A stretch of DNA of 64,000 nt from Opitutales bacterium (lineage in GTDB: Bacteria > Verrucomicrobiota > Verrucomicrobiia > Opitutales > Coraliomargaritaceae), in NCBI GenBank assembly GCA_030729385.1, contig JANQXM010000029.1, positions 24,853-88,852 on the forward strand. Direction: 5' to 3'. Below are positions 21,268-35,442 of the stretch, in pieces. Below the pieces are notes generated by a model. It was not told where the DNA came from. It worked only from the letters and a program-made list of their open reading frames with translations, and did not search any database. Made by a program: the position numbers and the translations under genes. The first letter of the stretch is position 1. The number at the start of each line of letters is the position of its first letter.

Positions 21268-23351
21268 AACATGGAATTCTAACTATGTTATTGATTTGCA
21301 TCGCGCTTGTTTCAAGTGCGGAGCAGTTGGTTGTCTTATCTCAAGATGGTCTGCATCCGCGCATCGAGACAACCGATCTTGAAATTATTTCACATGAAGG
21401 AGCGGGGATTGTTGTTGCGACCAATGGCAAAGACGAATGGCCGAACATTTCTTTCAAGTCGGTGGGTGCGCCTTGGGATCTGTCCGGATATTATACTGTA
21501 AAAGTGGATGTGACCAATCGTGGGAGCGCACCACTATTTGCAGGCATCCGTCTGGACAGCAAGCAGGCGGATAAAACAGAAACACCACAACATGCACAGG
21601 GGTTCGAGTTGCTACAGCCCGCAGAAACGCGGACGATTAGTATCCGCCTCGTGGCAGAAGATTGGGTGTTTGATCAGCCTCTTAAGCTAGTCGGCATGCG
21701 TCGTGCGCCGGGTGTCCCGTTGATGGAGGTATCCATGGTAGATCGTATTCAAGTGTTTGCCGGACATGTTAAAGGTCCGTGTCAATTTCAGATTAGTAAC
21801 ATTCGTGCTGAAGGTGAAATGAAGGCGGTTTCCTCTGATAACTTCCTGCCATTTGTCGACCAATATGGGCAATACAAGCACGACGATTGGACTGGAAAAA
21901 TTCATTCCGATGCAGATCTTCAAATGGCACTTTCAGCTGAGCTAGCAGATTTTGAGAAGCACCCTGGCGTTAAAAATCTGAGCCCGTATGGTGGCTGGAG
22001 AGATGGACCGAAGCTAGACTCGACCGGCTACTTTCGCGTGCAAAAGGTCGACGGTAAATGGTGGTTCGTCGATCCTGATGGTTACTTGTTCTGGTCGACT
22101 GGTCCCACCTGTATGGATTCCGATTTTGGATACACCGGTGTGCAGGATCGTGAAATATATTTTGAGGGACTGCCGAAAGATAGTGAACCACTTAGTCAAT
22201 TTTATGGTAAAAGTAGTTGGGCGCCCCATGGATTCTATGCGGATAAGGTGCCATTCACTATGTTCAAAACCTACAAAGCGAATCTCTACCGGAAATATGG
22301 GGAGGACTGGCAAGCGCAGTTCGAGGATATGGCGCACAGTCGTCTCAAGAGCTGGGGGATGAACACGGTGGCTAATTGGGCAAGTCCGAGTCTCTACAAG
22401 CAACGACGCACGCCGTATGTAGCGAATTTTTTCATTAGAGGTAACCGTTCACTTGAGGGCTCAAAGGGCTATTGGGGGAAATTTCACGATGTATTTGATC
22501 CTTCCTTCCGAGCATCGATCCAAAGGCAATTAAAACAGCGGAAGTTTGAGGCGAAAGATCCATGGTGTATTGGTTTCTACGTAGATAACGAACTCTCATG
22601 GGGGAACGATGGCATGTCGCTTTCGATCGAAACTTTGGCTAGCCCCGCGGATCAAGTAGCGAAACAAGTTTTCGTTCATGACCTTAAGGCGCATTACGTC
22701 GAGATCGATAAGCTCAATATTGCTTGGGGCACTTCGCACGACTCGTGGGAGGCTTTGCTACAATCAAGAGAAACTCCCGATGCGATCCGTGCCTCGTATG
22801 ACTTGAAGCGATTCTACAAAAAGATCGCCGACACCTATTTTCGAACAGTTCGCGATGAGCTAAAAAAGGCGGCGCCGAATCATCTCTACCTTGGTTGCCG
22901 TTTCGCATGGGTGAATGATGCGGTCGCTATCTCGGCCTCCGAGTTCTGCGACGTTGTGAGTTATAATAAATACGAACACAGCATCCGCAATCTGCACCTG
23001 CCGCATCACATTGATCGCCCATTGATCATTGGTGAGTATCACTTTGGCTCGACTGATCGTGGACATTTTCACCCCGGCTTACGTGAGGCAGACAACCAGT
23101 TTCTACGTGCCGAAAAATTTAAAGACTACTTCGCCAGTGCATTGGCCAACCCGCAAATGGTGGGCGTGCATTGGTTTCAGTATGTCGACGAACACATCGC
23201 AGGCAGAGCCGACGGTGAAAATTATAACGTAGGTCTCGTGGACATCTGCGACACACCTTACCCCGAAATGGTCGATGCCATACGCAAAGTTGGCGCTTCC
23301 TTATATCTAATACGAACCACCCCCACAGAAGGACACCCATGTCAGAACTAA
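21264..23351 (+). CDS. secreted glycoside hydrolase with an N-terminal CBM-like beta-sandwich and a TIM barrel; GH50-like exo-beta-agarase candidate
   Basis: Signal peptide. [17 protein letters not shown] and [10 protein letters not shown] segments. The family call rests on context and recollection-level similarity only. GTG start overlaps the upstream stop (GTGA). Confidence 0.45.
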
Positions 23352-24937
23352 AACAAGAAAATATCGAGATAGATGACGAGGCGACCAAGCCAGAAGATAT
23401 CGTCCCTCTTGGTCAGAAAATCTCCTACTCGATGGGTGTGGTTTCTGATCACTATGCCAACGTCTGCCTCGTGTGGATTTTTATCACGCCCTTCTTTGTC
23501 GATTTCCTTGGCCTCGGCGCTACGGTGGTTGGTCTCGCGTTGGCCGCTGCTCGGTGCTGGGATGCATTTACTGATCCGCTCGCTGGTCGTCTTTCTGATG
23601 CCTGCAAGAGTCGATTCGGTCGCCGTAAACCCTTTATATTTGTCGGAGCGATTTTAACAGGCCTGCTGTTTCCGATTATTTGGTTGGTTCCAGAGACTTG
23701 GTCAACGACGGCGATTACCGTGTATCTGTTTGTCGCTTTGATGCTCTTCTATTCGGTTTATTCGATTTTTTCGGTGCCTTACGAAGCGCTCGGCGCTGAG
23801 CTGACGCCAGACTACCGCGAACGTAGTAAAATCTTCGTGGTGCGTAAGTATGTGCAGGAATTCTTCAATCTCGGCATCGTCTGGATCTTTCCGCTCGCCG
23901 CTTGGCTCGGCACATTTGAATGGATCGGTGGGGAGATCGGTGGGGTGCGCGCTGTGAGTTGGGTCATCGCAATCGTCATCATTGGCGCAGGTATTATGCC
24001 GGCGATCTTTAACGTCGAGCGTTACAAGAATATCGCAGTGAAGGAAGGTGCTGGCAGCTTCAAGGATGCGCTTAAGGCTATGTTTCGTAACAAGCCACTG
24101 CTCATCGTTGTGGGGGTGATCTGCACCTACCTATTCGCGATCATGGCAACGGCCAATTTGTCTTACTTTGTTAATGTTTACTACATTTATGGTGGCGACG
24201 TGATTAAGGGAGCTAGCCTCGGTGGTATCGACGGCACTCTGCGTTTATTCTTCGCGCTAGCCGCGGCCGCAGTGATTGGGAAAATGACGGATAAGGTCGA
24301 CAAGCATAAGATCATGATGGTTTCAGTCGTTATCTTAATTGTCGCCTTCATTGGCATGTATTTCACCACCATTCCTGGTCGCCCATGGCTGGCCTTGTCG
24401 ATGAAGCCTCTAGTCGCGATCGGCGAGTGTGGTTTTTGGGTTTTGATCCTTTCCATGCGTGCCGATGTTTGTGACTGGGACGAATATAACACCGGCTCCC
24501 GTAGCGAGGGACTGATCGCTGCGATCACTAATTGGTGTAACAAAATTGCCATGACTGTGGCCATCGCGATCTCCGGATTTGTGCTACAGTATGTAGTTCA
24601 ATTCGACAGTAACCTGCCAGACGAGGACAAGGCTGCCATCGCGATTCAAGCGGAAGCGGAATACAATCTTCTTTCAGATGCCGACAAGTTCGTAGTTGAA
24701 GGCGAAGAGCCGATTTCGCTCGGCATGTATACCGACAATATGGAGCGCAAGGCGGTCATGGATCGGCAGTCTCCAGGGACGATGGAGCGCATGCGCTTAT
24801 TATACTCCCTTCCGCAAGCCGGCGCTTTGTTGATCTGTCTCTTACTCCTGTGGAAATATCCGCTCACGAAGGATAAAATGATGGAAATCCGTAAGGAACT
24901 CGAAGCGCGTCGTGGCGCTGTAGCTCCTAGTAAATAA
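23339..24937 (+). CDS. GPH (glycoside-pentoside-hexuronide):cation symporter family transporter
   Basis: About 12 predicted TM segments. MelB/GPH signature [14 protein letters not shown]. Overlaps the upstream gene by 13 nt. Confidence 0.8.
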   Translation: MSELKQENIEIDDEATKPEDIVPLGQKISYSMGVVSDHYANVCLVWIFITPFFVDFLGLGATVVGLALAAARCWDAFTDPLAGRLSDACKSRFGRRKPFIFVGAILTGLLFPIIWLVPETWSTTAITVYLFVALMLFYSVYSIFSVPYEALGAELTPDYRERSKIFVVRKYVQEFFNLGIVWIFPLAAWLGTFEWIGGEIGGVRAVSWVIAIVIIGAGIMPAIFNVERYKNIAVKEGAGSFKDALKAMFRNKPLLIVVGVICTYLFAIMATANLSYFVNVYYIYGGDVIKGASLGGIDGTLRLFFALAAAAVIGKMTDKVDKHKIMMVSVVILIVAFIGMYFTTIPGRPWLALSMKPLVAIGECGFWVLILSMRADVCDWDEYNTGSRSEGLIAAITNWCNKIAMTVAIAISGFVLQYVVQFDSNLPDEDKAAIAIQAEAEYNLLSDADKFVVEGEEPISLGMYTDNMERKAVMDRQSPGTMERMRLLYSLPQAGALLICLLLLWKYPLTKDKMMEIRKELEARRGAVAPSK

Positions 24938-24954
24938 AGTATATTATTTGGAAT

Positions 24955-26811
24955 ATGAAATCGATTCTCTTGCCCCTTGGTCTTTTGGGTTCCTCGCTGC
25001 TACTTGCTCAGTCAGAAGTAGTAGAGGTTCACCTATCGCCTAATTTTATTCGCAATATTGGTGGCGTCACCACCTTCGATCGTGATCAGTTTATCACCGT
25101 CCACGAGTCCTATGGCTCAAAGGATATGACGGATGATGAGCTGCACTATTTAGAAGATGTGCTCGATGCGCGGTATGGGCGAGACGGTGGTCTGCTCTCG
25201 TGGCAGGCAACTCATACCAAGGCTGATCCGAATAATCCGGATATGCCAGATGTTGAGGATATTAAAAGAGGTGCGGATGAGTATCGTAAGTCGCTTTTCG
25301 GACGTCAGCGCGAGTTGTCTGAGAAAATGAAAGAGGTCGTGATCTGCACGCACCCGGAAATTATGCACGCGACGCCGGATAACGAGCATGTGCCGTGGGG
25401 TCCTCGCTCCTACGAGGGAGTTGCTGAATATACTGCTCAGTTTCTGAAGCATTACTTCACCGACAGTGAACGTCCACGCTACCTCGAGGTCTTTAACGAG
25501 CCGTTTGTGAAAATTAAGAACATCAAAGGCGCGTCAGTTCAGACTATGTCAGAGCAGCATAATGTGGTGGCTAAGCGCGTGAAGGAATTGAATCCAGATG
25601 TTCTGGTCGGCGGTTATGCGGCGGCATGGATCGAGCTGGAGCATCGTAACTTTGGGCACTGGAATGATTGGCAAAAAGAGTTCATGGATATCGCTGGCGA
25701 GAACATGGATTTCTTTTCCTATCACCTCTATGACGGGGTCAATGTAGAAGGCGCTCCACGCGATCGAACGGGGAGCAACTCCGAGGCTATTATGGATATC
25801 ATTGATACCTATAGCCACCTCAAGTTTGGAGTAGCCAAGCCGCTCATGATTACTGAATACGGTAAGATCCCCGGAGGGAACATGGGCATGGTAGACTATA
25901 GCCCTAAGCGTTCTGCTGGCATGCTCTATTCGTTCAACGGTCAGCATATGACTTTCATGGATCACCCAGATCGTCTTATCAAAACCATTCCGTTTATTTT
26001 GGGTAAGGCAATGTGGACATACGAACTCAAGGGCGCAGGGAAGCCTGGGCAGGCGAATCCTTTTCTTCTGTGGCGTAAGACAGCAGAACGAGATTTTGTC
26101 ACCACCGACCTGACGCTCTTCTATGATTTCTGGAAAGGTGTCGAGGGGGAGTGGCGTGTCAGTCAGAGTTCGAATCCAGATGTGCGAGTCCAATTTCTTG
26201 CAGATCGTGACCGCTTGATTGTAATTCTAGGCAATCTCGCCTTTGAGCCTCACACGGTGCAACTTACTGGATTGGAAGGAGTGAATGTTAAAGCAGTTCA
26301 GGCGCGCTCGCTTATGACTCATGGTGAGCAGCCGATTGTAGACCAACGTTCGATGGATCGTATCCCTTCAACTGTAAATTTGCAGCCAGGCATGGGGCTC
26401 ATGCTCTTTGTTGATTTGGAACATTCAAAGCGTCCGAAGGCGCAGGTTAAAGAATACCGTGTGTATGCGACCGACTACTTGAAAGACATCGAAGCTGATC
26501 AGCCAATCGAGTTCCAATTCGACAACACGCCATCTGGAACTGGCACTGCTGTTCTTCGCGTTTCGCCAGGGCGTGAACTTGGCAAGGCAGTGTTGCCGAC
26601 ATCCATCAAGTTCAATGGCCATTCACTTAAGATCCCAACGAACTGGGCGGGTTCCGATCAAGCAGGTCGATCGAACTTCTTCGGCATGATCGAATTCAAT
26701 GTGCCTATGAAACACGTGGCGCAGACTAATGAAGTTGAAATCATTTATCCGGACAGTGGTGGCAAGATCGCCTGCGCTGTTCTTCAAATTAATCGAAACG
26801 AAAAATTGTAA
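24955..26811 (+). CDS. secreted clan GH-A glycoside hydrolase, GH86-like (beta-agarase/beta-porphyranase candidate)
   Basis: Signal peptide. Putative acid/base in YLEVFNEPF (E182) and nucleophile in LMITEYG (E301). Paralog of 30952..32901. Confidence 0.45.
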   Translation: MKSILLPLGLLGSSLLLAQSEVVEVHLSPNFIRNIGGVTTFDRDQFITVHESYGSKDMTDDELHYLEDVLDARYGRDGGLLSWQATHTKADPNNPDMPDVEDIKRGADEYRKSLFGRQRELSEKMKEVVICTHPEIMHATPDNEHVPWGPRSYEGVAEYTAQFLKHYFTDSERPRYLEVFNEPFVKIKNIKGASVQTMSEQHNVVAKRVKELNPDVLVGGYAAAWIELEHRNFGHWNDWQKEFMDIAGENMDFFSYHLYDGVNVEGAPRDRTGSNSEAIMDIIDTYSHLKFGVAKPLMITEYGKIPGGNMGMVDYSPKRSAGMLYSFNGQHMTFMDHPDRLIKTIPFILGKAMWTYELKGAGKPGQANPFLLWRKTAERDFVTTDLTLFYDFWKGVEGEWRVSQSSNPDVRVQFLADRDRLIVILGNLAFEPHTVQLTGLEGVNVKAVQARSLMTHGEQPIVDQRSMDRIPSTVNLQPGMGLMLFVDLEHSKRPKAQVKEYRVYATDYLKDIEADQPIEFQFDNTPSGTGTAVLRVSPGRELGKAVLPTSIKFNGHSLKIPTNWAGSDQAGRSNFFGMIEFNVPMKHVAQTNEVEIIYPDSGGKIACAVLQINRNEKL

Positions 26812-26816
26812 ATCTC

Positions 26817-27893
<1,077 letters not shown>

Positions 27894-27896
27894 ATC

Positions 27897-29522
27897 ATGA
27901 AACATTTACTGACATATACACTCCTATTATTGACCGCTCTTTCTGCTTTTGCGGAAAATCGTAAACAGCCAAATATTCTCTTTATCATTACCGATGACGA
28001 GTTTCGTGATCATTTCGGTTTTCTTGGTGGCAATTCGCTGACACCGAACATTGACCGCCTGGCTAATGAAGGCATCTACTTCGAAAATGGCTTTGTTTCA
28101 TCCAGTGTCTGCTCACCTAGTCGGTATACTTGCTTGAGTGGTCATTTCGCTAGTCGTTGCCCACAGCCGTATTTCCAGACAGGCACGACTGAAGACGGAG
28201 TGACCCGCATCCTCTGGAACCTAGGATTTACAGAAGGCCAGCCGAATATCCCGCGCGTGTTGCGCCAAGCCGGGTATGCTACCGGTTTTACCGGAAAGTG
28301 GCATTTGAATGGCACTATGCACCTAGTCGAACACATCGAGAAGGGAGCAGATCCCTACGATCCGGAAATTCAGAAGGTTATGCATGCAAATCATGACATC
28401 ATTGCCAACGAGATCAAACGCTTTGGGTTTGATTTCGCCGATGCGGTCTACGGTGGTAATCCCGACGACGATCAGACTTTGAAGAATACCAATTCCAATG
28501 TGCATAATCAGGAATGGAACACTAAGGCAGCCATTGACTTTATTGAGGCGAATCAGGATCAGCCGTGGTATATGTATTTTGCTCCGACGCTGATGCACGT
28601 GCCGGATACCTATGCATCGCTTGTCGGTGATCCGCGCAAGAGTGGTAAGGGAGTGCTTGATGCGCCGATCACCGGAGTGCAACCTTCACGTGCAAGCGTG
28701 CTTGAGCGCGCGAAGGCCGCAGGTATCCCAAACAAAAATGCTGCCGCTACCTGGCTGGATGACGGGATTGGTGCGATCATGGCGAAGCTTGAGGAACTCG
28801 AACTCGCTGAGGACACCTTGATCATTTTCTTCAATGACAACGGAATGGAGTATCACTCCAAGGGCACCAACTATCAGGGAGGGATTCGCACCCAGATTAT
28901 GGCTTACTGGCCAGGAGTCATCGAGCCAGGGACACGTCCGCAAGAGCTGGTTCAAAATACAGATTTCGCACCTACCTTCTTTGAACTGGCAGGCATCGAT
29001 CCACCGAAAAATATGATGCTCGACGGATTCAGCCTGACGCCGATTCTTCGCGGTGAGTCACCCGAAGATTGGCGCAAGGCCGTGTATAGTGAAATCGGTT
29101 TGGCGCGTGGTGTTGCAACCGCCGATTGGAGCTATGTGGCATTTTACGTGCCTCCAAGTTTAGAGCGCACAAAAGAAGCGCGTGTTGCTGAGGCCAAAGA
29201 GTATTACTACGGCGAGATGTTGGAGCAGCATCCGTGGATGGAACAAATGTATCCATTTTTGGAAGACGCTCCATACTATCAACTCGGCATGAAGCCGGGT
29301 GGGTATGCGTTTGAGAGATGGCAGCTAAAAGACCCGAAAAACACACCTTGGGCATCTAGCTACTTTGATCGCGATCAATTGTTTCACCTAAACAATGATC
29401 CGACTGAGACGACCAACCTCGCGAAGAACCCTGAATACGCAAACCAACTGAAGGAGATGCAAACACTCCTTGTTGAGTATTTGGAGAACCTGCCTGGTGC
29501 CTACCCAGGGTTGAAAGAATAA
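27897..29522 (+). CDS. S1 family sulfatase (Cys-type)
   Basis: Signal peptide, [38 protein letters not shown]. Confidence 0.9.
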   Translation: MKHLLTYTLLLLTALSAFAENRKQPNILFIITDDEFRDHFGFLGGNSLTPNIDRLANEGIYFENGFVSSSVCSPSRYTCLSGHFASRCPQPYFQTGTTEDGVTRILWNLGFTEGQPNIPRVLRQAGYATGFTGKWHLNGTMHLVEHIEKGADPYDPEIQKVMHANHDIIANEIKRFGFDFADAVYGGNPDDDQTLKNTNSNVHNQEWNTKAAIDFIEANQDQPWYMYFAPTLMHVPDTYASLVGDPRKSGKGVLDAPITGVQPSRASVLERAKAAGIPNKNAAATWLDDGIGAIMAKLEELELAEDTLIIFFNDNGMEYHSKGTNYQGGIRTQIMAYWPGVIEPGTRPQELVQNTDFAPTFFELAGIDPPKNMMLDGFSLTPILRGESPEDWRKAVYSEIGLARGVATADWSYVAFYVPPSLERTKEARVAEAKEYYYGEMLEQHPWMEQMYPFLEDAPYYQLGMKPGGYAFERWQLKDPKNTPWASSYFDRDQLFHLNNDPTETTNLAKNPEYANQLKEMQTLLVEYLENLPGAYPGLKE

Positions 29523-29537
29523 AGTTCGATTCGCTAT

Positions 29538-30932
29538 ATGTTTCCAATTCTTAACAGATCTTTTTCGGTCGTATTGGTCATTCTTGTTGCTGGTCTCACT
29601 GGCTTGGCGGCTAAGCCTAATATTATAGTGATTATGGCGGATGATTTAGGCTATGGAGATTTGGGCTATACTGGTTCCAAAAATATCCCGACGCCAAATA
29701 TCGACCGATTGGCTGATGAAGGGGTGGAGTGCACCTTTGGTTATGTCACGCATGCGTATTGTGGTCCGTCACGGGCTGGGTTCTTGACTGGTCGCTATCA
29801 ACAGCGGTTTGGCTTCGAAACCAATCCGCCATATTCCAGAGACAATCCCATTACCGGAATGCCGGAAGACGAGTCTTTGTTTGCTGAGCGTCTGCAAAAA
29901 GCTGGTTATAAGACTGGGGTGGTGGGTAAGTGGCACATTGGATCGCATGGCATTCACCATCCCAATAATCGTGGCTTCGATTTCTTCTTCGGCTTTCTTG
30001 GGGGCGGGCATGATTTCTTCCGTGTGGATATGACTGAGCCTCTCGGTGAAGGGTATTTGGATACGTTGATGCGTAACGAAAAACCTGTGGATGTGAAAGG
30101 CTACCTAACCACACAACTCACCGATGAGGCGATCGGCTTTGTTGAACGTAATCAGGACGATCCGTTCTTTCTGTTCGTCTCCTATAACGCACCGCATTCT
30201 CCGCTACAGGCACCGGAAGAAACTGTGGCGCAATTCAGCCATTTAGAAGGTTGGGAGCGACAGACCTATTCCGCCATGGTCTTCGAAATGGATCGAGAGA
30301 TCGGACGTCTCTTGAGAAAGTTGGAAGATGCTGACCTTTCGGAGGAGACCTTGATCTTCTTTCTTAGCGATAACGGTGGTCCGCCTCACTGGGATAAATC
30401 TCAGGAGGCTTATACCTCCAACGGTTCCTTCCGCGGCTACAAGGGAGATACCTATGATGGCGGCGTTCATGTGCCGTTTCTTGCCTACTGGCCCGGCACA
30501 TTGCCTGCGGGAGGAAAATTCACTAAACCAGTCGTCTCGCTCGATATCGCGCGGACTGCGGTGTCACTCGCCGGAGGCGAAGCGGACGGGCTGGAGGGCG
30601 TTGATTTGATCCCTTATTTGACAGGAGATGACCAGAGTGCGCCGCACAAAGCGATTTACTTTCGGCGTCGTAACAGCACCGCATGGGCTGTCGTGACAGC
30701 TGATGGATATAAATGGATCAAGAACGATTGGGATCAGCAGAGTGAGCTCTACAATTTATTTTCCGATGTCAGCGAACAGAACAATATGATTAATCAAGAG
30801 CCGGAACGAGCCGCCACTTTGAAGAAGATTTGGCAGGAGTGGAACGAGCAAAATATCCCCCACCACTTTTCGGATATTGCCCCCTTTCATCGAGACGTGA
30901 AGCAATTCTACAAGAATATGAAACCCGAATAA
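29538..30932 (+). CDS. S1 family sulfatase (Cys-type), same subfamily as 49657 and 51154
   Basis: [43 protein letters not shown]. Confidence 0.9.
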   Translation: MFPILNRSFSVVLVILVAGLTGLAAKPNIIVIMADDLGYGDLGYTGSKNIPTPNIDRLADEGVECTFGYVTHAYCGPSRAGFLTGRYQQRFGFETNPPYSRDNPITGMPEDESLFAERLQKAGYKTGVVGKWHIGSHGIHHPNNRGFDFFFGFLGGGHDFFRVDMTEPLGEGYLDTLMRNEKPVDVKGYLTTQLTDEAIGFVERNQDDPFFLFVSYNAPHSPLQAPEETVAQFSHLEGWERQTYSAMVFEMDREIGRLLRKLEDADLSEETLIFFLSDNGGPPHWDKSQEAYTSNGSFRGYKGDTYDGGVHVPFLAYWPGTLPAGGKFTKPVVSLDIARTAVSLAGGEADGLEGVDLIPYLTGDDQSAPHKAIYFRRRNSTAWAVVTADGYKWIKNDWDQQSELYNLFSDVSEQNNMINQEPERAATLKKIWQEWNEQNIPHHFSDIAPFHRDVKQFYKNMKPE

Positions 30933-30951
30933 TTTAAGTGTTTAAGAACCA

Positions 30952-32901
30952 ATGAATATGAAATCTGAATGTATACTACTCGCGGCGGTCGCCTTGTCTC
31001 TTACTGGATGTCAGCCTGAACCCACAGCATTAATCGCCAGCGATGGTCCTTTAGACCTTTCAAAGCCGCATATCATAGTTGAACCAAACGTGACTCGTGC
31101 TATCGGCGGTGTCTCGGAAGTTGATCGTAAACGCTACTTTTCGGTGAGTGATCACGGCACCAATTTCGACAAGCGTGTGCCCGACGACATTTACGACTAT
31201 CTCGTGCATTACTTAGGCATCACGTTCGGGCGTCAACTCGGTCCGGTTAAATGGACTGCCTCGACGCTTCCTGAGGATCCGAATCATCCGGGTTATGCGG
31301 ATGTTTCCAAATTGAAGAAGCAGAAGTTAAGTCAGCCGGGTGAACAATTCGTGAAAGACTTCGGTCCGAATCTGGACGTTGCAGCGCACGGCAACCATAA
31401 CGCATACCCTGAGTATATGGGTAAGTATACAAAAGAGGGCGCCATGAATCATGGCAAACTTGAGTATGTGCCCGAGAATATCGATGCGGCGGTCGAGCTG
31501 GCTGCTGCGGTATTCAAATATAACTATAACGACTTTGACCGTCCCAAGTTCTATGAGCCGCTCAATGAGCCGCATTGGATGTTCTTTGTTGATCAGCACT
31601 TTGCGGACTGGCACTTGGCCGTTCAAGAGAAGTTCCATGAAGTCCATCCTGATGTGAAAGTCGGCGGAATGTGTATGTCGGTATCCTACTTTTATCGCGA
31701 CAATTACCAGAACTTCAACGGTATGAAGGGCTTTTATGATGCGACGGCGGGAAAAATGGATTTCTATTCATTCCACTCTTACGATTACTTTGATTGGACG
31801 GACGGAGACTTTCGTGGTCGTGTGCAGTCCGGTCTGCCACTTGAAGGCACGCTCGATCTATTGCAAAACTATGCGGTGCTCGAAGACGGTAAAGAAGTGG
31901 ACGTTGTTATCAGTGAGCAGGGTGGCTACATCAATGTGCAACCAAAGGGCATGTATGATGGTGAGGCGCTCGCGGCTAAGATCGCCGAGAAGCACTTCCC
32001 TGAAGACACGTGGGAGAATGAGCTAAAGAAACGCTCTATTGTATGCTTCGTGCACGTAAGTAGCATTATCGCTAATACGATGACTTTCATTGATCATCCA
32101 CATACGGTGCAAAAGTCTGTGCCTTTTCTGTTGCCGAATACGTGGAATTGGGACCCCAAATATTACGCGGGTTTGTATGTTCCTGAAAACTACACTGATG
32201 AGTCTAAGTGGGTGCAGACGCACATGCTAGACTTCTACAAGTTGTTCCGCGGTGTCGATGGTCGTCGCGTTCAGGCGTTTTCTAGTGATCCTGATTTGCA
32301 GACCCGCGCCTTCGTCGATGGTTCGAAATTATATATCGCAATTAACAACCAGAGTTGGCGCTCCGAGTCGGTAAATTTGTCTGGAGTGAGTGCTTCGAAG
32401 GTTGAAATACGCCGCTTTGGGCGGAATGAGGATTTCACTGCTTACTTTAATGAGGCAGTTGTGGATACACCGGAATTGTTAGAACTGGCAGGTCGTGAAT
32501 CGGTGGTGATCGTGGCGGATATGGGGACAGACATTAAAGAGCAGTCACGTATTAACGAAGTGGTTCACTATTCGAATCAAACGCGTTTACCCCTAAGCAA
32601 TGCAGAGTTCACAATTGAGACGCCGCTGGACTCAAAGATGCAATATGCGATTTTACGAGTAGGACTCACGCGTCCCAGTGGGTCGAGTCACGAAGCGATC
32701 ATTGAACTGAATGGAAATGCTTTAGAAGTGCCTGTTGAGAATAGCGCAGACCGCTTTGACAAAGGTGAGTATGCGACGACTAAGTTGATCTACCTGAAGC
32801 CATCTCAATTACAGGAGGTGAACACGGTTAAGGTCAGCTTTCCCGACGGTGATGCTGGTTCTGTTGGCACGGTAGTGATTCGATCTGGTGTGTTGGAGTA
32901 A
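30952..32901 (+). CDS. lipoprotein, clan GH-A glycoside hydrolase, GH86-like paralog
   Basis: Lipobox [16 protein letters not shown] (acid/base) and VVISEQGG (nucleophile). Overall collinear with 24955..26811. Confidence 0.45.
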   Translation: MNMKSECILLAAVALSLTGCQPEPTALIASDGPLDLSKPHIIVEPNVTRAIGGVSEVDRKRYFSVSDHGTNFDKRVPDDIYDYLVHYLGITFGRQLGPVKWTASTLPEDPNHPGYADVSKLKKQKLSQPGEQFVKDFGPNLDVAAHGNHNAYPEYMGKYTKEGAMNHGKLEYVPENIDAAVELAAAVFKYNYNDFDRPKFYEPLNEPHWMFFVDQHFADWHLAVQEKFHEVHPDVKVGGMCMSVSYFYRDNYQNFNGMKGFYDATAGKMDFYSFHSYDYFDWTDGDFRGRVQSGLPLEGTLDLLQNYAVLEDGKEVDVVISEQGGYINVQPKGMYDGEALAAKIAEKHFPEDTWENELKKRSIVCFVHVSSIIANTMTFIDHPHTVQKSVPFLLPNTWNWDPKYYAGLYVPENYTDESKWVQTHMLDFYKLFRGVDGRRVQAFSSDPDLQTRAFVDGSKLYIAINNQSWRSESVNLSGVSASKVEIRRFGRNEDFTAYFNEAVVDTPELLELAGRESVVIVADMGTDIKEQSRINEVVHYSNQTRLPLSNAEFTIETPLDSKMQYAILRVGLTRPSGSSHEAIIELNGNALEVPVENSADRFDKGEYATTKLIYLKPSQLQEVNTVKVSFPDGDAGSVGTVVIRSGVLE

Positions 32902-32948
32902 CCGCAAAATGGAGAAAGTTTACTTCTGATCTGAAACGAAAAAGCACT

Positions 32949-34298
32949 ATGAAAAAAGCCGCGGCTGTGTCGATTCTTGTTGTTACCACTTTGGTTGTTG
33001 GAGTTGGTTATTTATTATATTTAGATGCGGCTAAGCGCAGTCGTCCCGCAGTGGTTGAATCGCCACCAGAAAAAGCTCCGGTCCCAGTGGTCGAATCACC
33101 AGTTATTGTGGAAGTGCCAGACACTGAGCCGCCCAAGCCCGTCCCCGAGGTTGTGACTGAATCTGTGCCCGATCCTGAGCCGATCCCCGTCCCTGATCGC
33201 TATGCCATGTTGGTGATTGCCTCGGCGGATGGGCGCGAGTTGGAGGCTCAGATTCTCGATGTAACTGCAAAGACTGCATTCATTCGACGGGAGGATAAAA
33301 TTATCTTCGAAATTCCACTGGATAGACTAAACGCTTCGTCTTTAGGGGTAGTTGATGCATGGCGCGGAGCCTATGCGCACTTGGTCACACCAGAACAAAA
33401 AGCATTTCTAGCTGGTCCGAAAATCAAGCCAGAAGTCGCGGCTCATTCCGTCGATGATACAGTGCCTGAAACGCTCGCGGATGACGATAACCCCACCGGC
33501 CCTTTTGTGAAAGATCGCATACCGGGTGTGGCGTGGGAGCCCGTTAAAGAGATGACGGATGAGTTTGATGGTCGTCGCGTAGATGAAGATAAATGGCAAA
33601 TCGAGCCGAAAGGAAATGGTTGGAACTGGATAGGGCGTGCCCCGGGATTGTTTTTGGCCGACAACGTGTCGGTTGAGGATGGGAAATTGAAAGTTACGGT
33701 GAGCAAGCTTGATAAACCCGAGACTATAAACGGTAACGAGTTCCTATATCAGGGGGCGATCGTGCGTTCGCATCACGCGGGTGAGTTAGGATGGTTTTTT
33801 GAATGTAAGATGAAGGCCAATGCGACTGAAATGTCTTCGACTTTTTGGCTGATGACCAAAGGCCACACCATCAAGAAACTCGAAATGGACATTCAGGAAT
33901 GCGTCGGGACGATTTCGGATAATGCGGATCCTTGGGTGAATGGCTGGGATCATATTTTCCACTCCAATTTGATTCATCGTAAAAACCAGCATAACCCCGA
34001 GCCAGTTCAAATTCAGAAAGGGCTCAAACTGAAGAAGGAAAATCACAAGCGCTTTTACACCTATGGGGCGTGGTGGAAGTCGGAGCGGGAAGTGCTCTTC
34101 TATCTGGACGGGGAGCATGTCTATACACTGGTGCCGGAAGTCGATTGGGATGTGCCCGCCTATATTCAAATGGCGATTGAGACCTACGATTGGAATCCCG
34201 TCCCCGAGCGTGGGAGTATGGTAGAGCGGGGAAGCCTCGAACAACGCCAAACGCAATACGAGTGGGTGCGCACTTGGCGGGCGGTTACTTCTCAGTAG
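32949..34298 (+). CDS. membrane-anchored GH16 with a Pro-rich linker and SHD1-like domain
   Basis: N-terminal TM and PEP/PVP-rich linker. SHD1-like segment GRELEAQILDVTAKTAFIRREDKIIFEIPLDRLNASS. GH16 catalytic motif LEMDIQE. C-terminal YEWVRTWR. Confidence 0.8.
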   Translation: MKKAAAVSILVVTTLVVGVGYLLYLDAAKRSRPAVVESPPEKAPVPVVESPVIVEVPDTEPPKPVPEVVTESVPDPEPIPVPDRYAMLVIASADGRELEAQILDVTAKTAFIRREDKIIFEIPLDRLNASSLGVVDAWRGAYAHLVTPEQKAFLAGPKIKPEVAAHSVDDTVPETLADDDNPTGPFVKDRIPGVAWEPVKEMTDEFDGRRVDEDKWQIEPKGNGWNWIGRAPGLFLADNVSVEDGKLKVTVSKLDKPETINGNEFLYQGAIVRSHHAGELGWFFECKMKANATEMSSTFWLMTKGHTIKKLEMDIQECVGTISDNADPWVNGWDHIFHSNLIHRKNQHNPEPVQIQKGLKLKKENHKRFYTYGAWWKSEREVLFYLDGEHVYTLVPEVDWDVPAYIQMAIETYDWNPVPERGSMVERGSLEQRQTQYEWVRTWRAVTSQ

Positions 34299-34347
34299 CC
34301 GATTGCAATTTGAGCTCCAGGCTCTAACTTAAAACGAAATTATAACT

Positions 34348-35205
34348 ATGCTACGTATACTATTGCCTCTCTTTGCCACGATTACACTACCAGCTCTTGC
34401 TTCCGATTGGCGTCCGCTCATTGATCAGGAGCTCTCTAACTTTGAAACATGGATGGGGGTCCCGCATTCGACCGTTGAGGGTTTGCCAGAGGGCACTTAC
34501 CAGTCGAGTAATGTTCATAAAGGCACGCCGATCGGACTGAATGCGGATGTGAAGAACGTCTTTACCGTGGTGGAAGAAAATGGAGAGCCTGTGCTCAAAA
34601 TTACGGGCGAAATTTATGGAGGTTTGACTACACTCGAAAGCTACTCGAACTACCATTTGAGTGTGCAGGTAAAGTGGGGCGATAAGAAGTGGGAGCCGAG
34701 GCTCAACGATCTGCGCGATAGTGGCATCCTCTATCATTGCCATGGTGAGCATGGAGCCTTTTGGCAGGTCTGGATGTCTTCGCTGGAGTATCAAGTGCAG
34801 GAGACGGATATGGGCGACTTTATCCAAATTGCCGGTCCGAAAGCGGAGATTCGAACCACCAAGCTAGATGGGGTGAAACGTCTGCGCTTTGATTCGGCAA
34901 GTGAGACTTATAGCAGTGGCTATATTAGTGCTTATCCGGAGCCTGATGCACCGCATGGAGAATGGAACCTGCTTGAAATCTATGTTATCGGCAACGACGC
35001 GATCCATGTAGTCAATGGCGAGGTGGTCATGGTCGTAGAAAACGCAGTCAAGAAGGATGGCACTCCTCTGACCTCTGGTCAAATTCAGATCCAGTCCGAG
35101 GCGGCCGAAGTCTATTATAAGGATTTTAAGATCCGCTCGATCGAAGATTTCCCTGAAGCGATACGCTCAAAGGTTCGTTTCAAGGTTGAAGCTGCGCAGG
35201 ATTAA
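34348..35205 (+). CDS. DUF1080 (3-keto-disaccharide hydrolase-like) secreted protein
   Basis: Signal peptide. Typical DUF1080 features: WMGVP..., [49 protein letters not shown]. Confidence 0.7.
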   Translation: MLRILLPLFATITLPALASDWRPLIDQELSNFETWMGVPHSTVEGLPEGTYQSSNVHKGTPIGLNADVKNVFTVVEENGEPVLKITGEIYGGLTTLESYSNYHLSVQVKWGDKKWEPRLNDLRDSGILYHCHGEHGAFWQVWMSSLEYQVQETDMGDFIQIAGPKAEIRTTKLDGVKRLRFDSASETYSSGYISAYPEPDAPHGEWNLLEIYVIGNDAIHVVNGEVVMVVENAVKKDGTPLTSGQIQIQSEAAEVYYKDFKIRSIEDFPEAIRSKVRFKVEAAQD

Positions 35206-35236
35206 AGCATTCTAGGGAGTGCAGTGATGCATTTAT

Positions 35237-35397
35237 GAGGTAGCGCAGGCCTGTCCCAGACCGCAGGAGACTTGCGAGACGTTACGGATGTTTGCGGGGA
35301 GATTGAGCCAGACGGGATACTGCTTTTGCTCGTCCAGTTTCGTGTCGGCGAGATGTCTCGGACGTTCGTGCGGTCTGGGACGGACCTGCGCTACCTC
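35237..35397. repeat. 161-bp long-hairpin (palindromic) intergenic element with 29-bp terminal inverted arms
   Basis: GAGGTAGCGCAGGCCTGTCCCAGACCGCA (35237-35265) versus the reverse complement of 35369-35397 gives 27/29, with more imperfect pairing inward. It lies between convergent genes. Confidence 0.75.
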
Positions 35398-35442
35398 TAT
35401 ATTCAATCCTACATCTTTGAGGCTTATTTCGCTGACACTACT

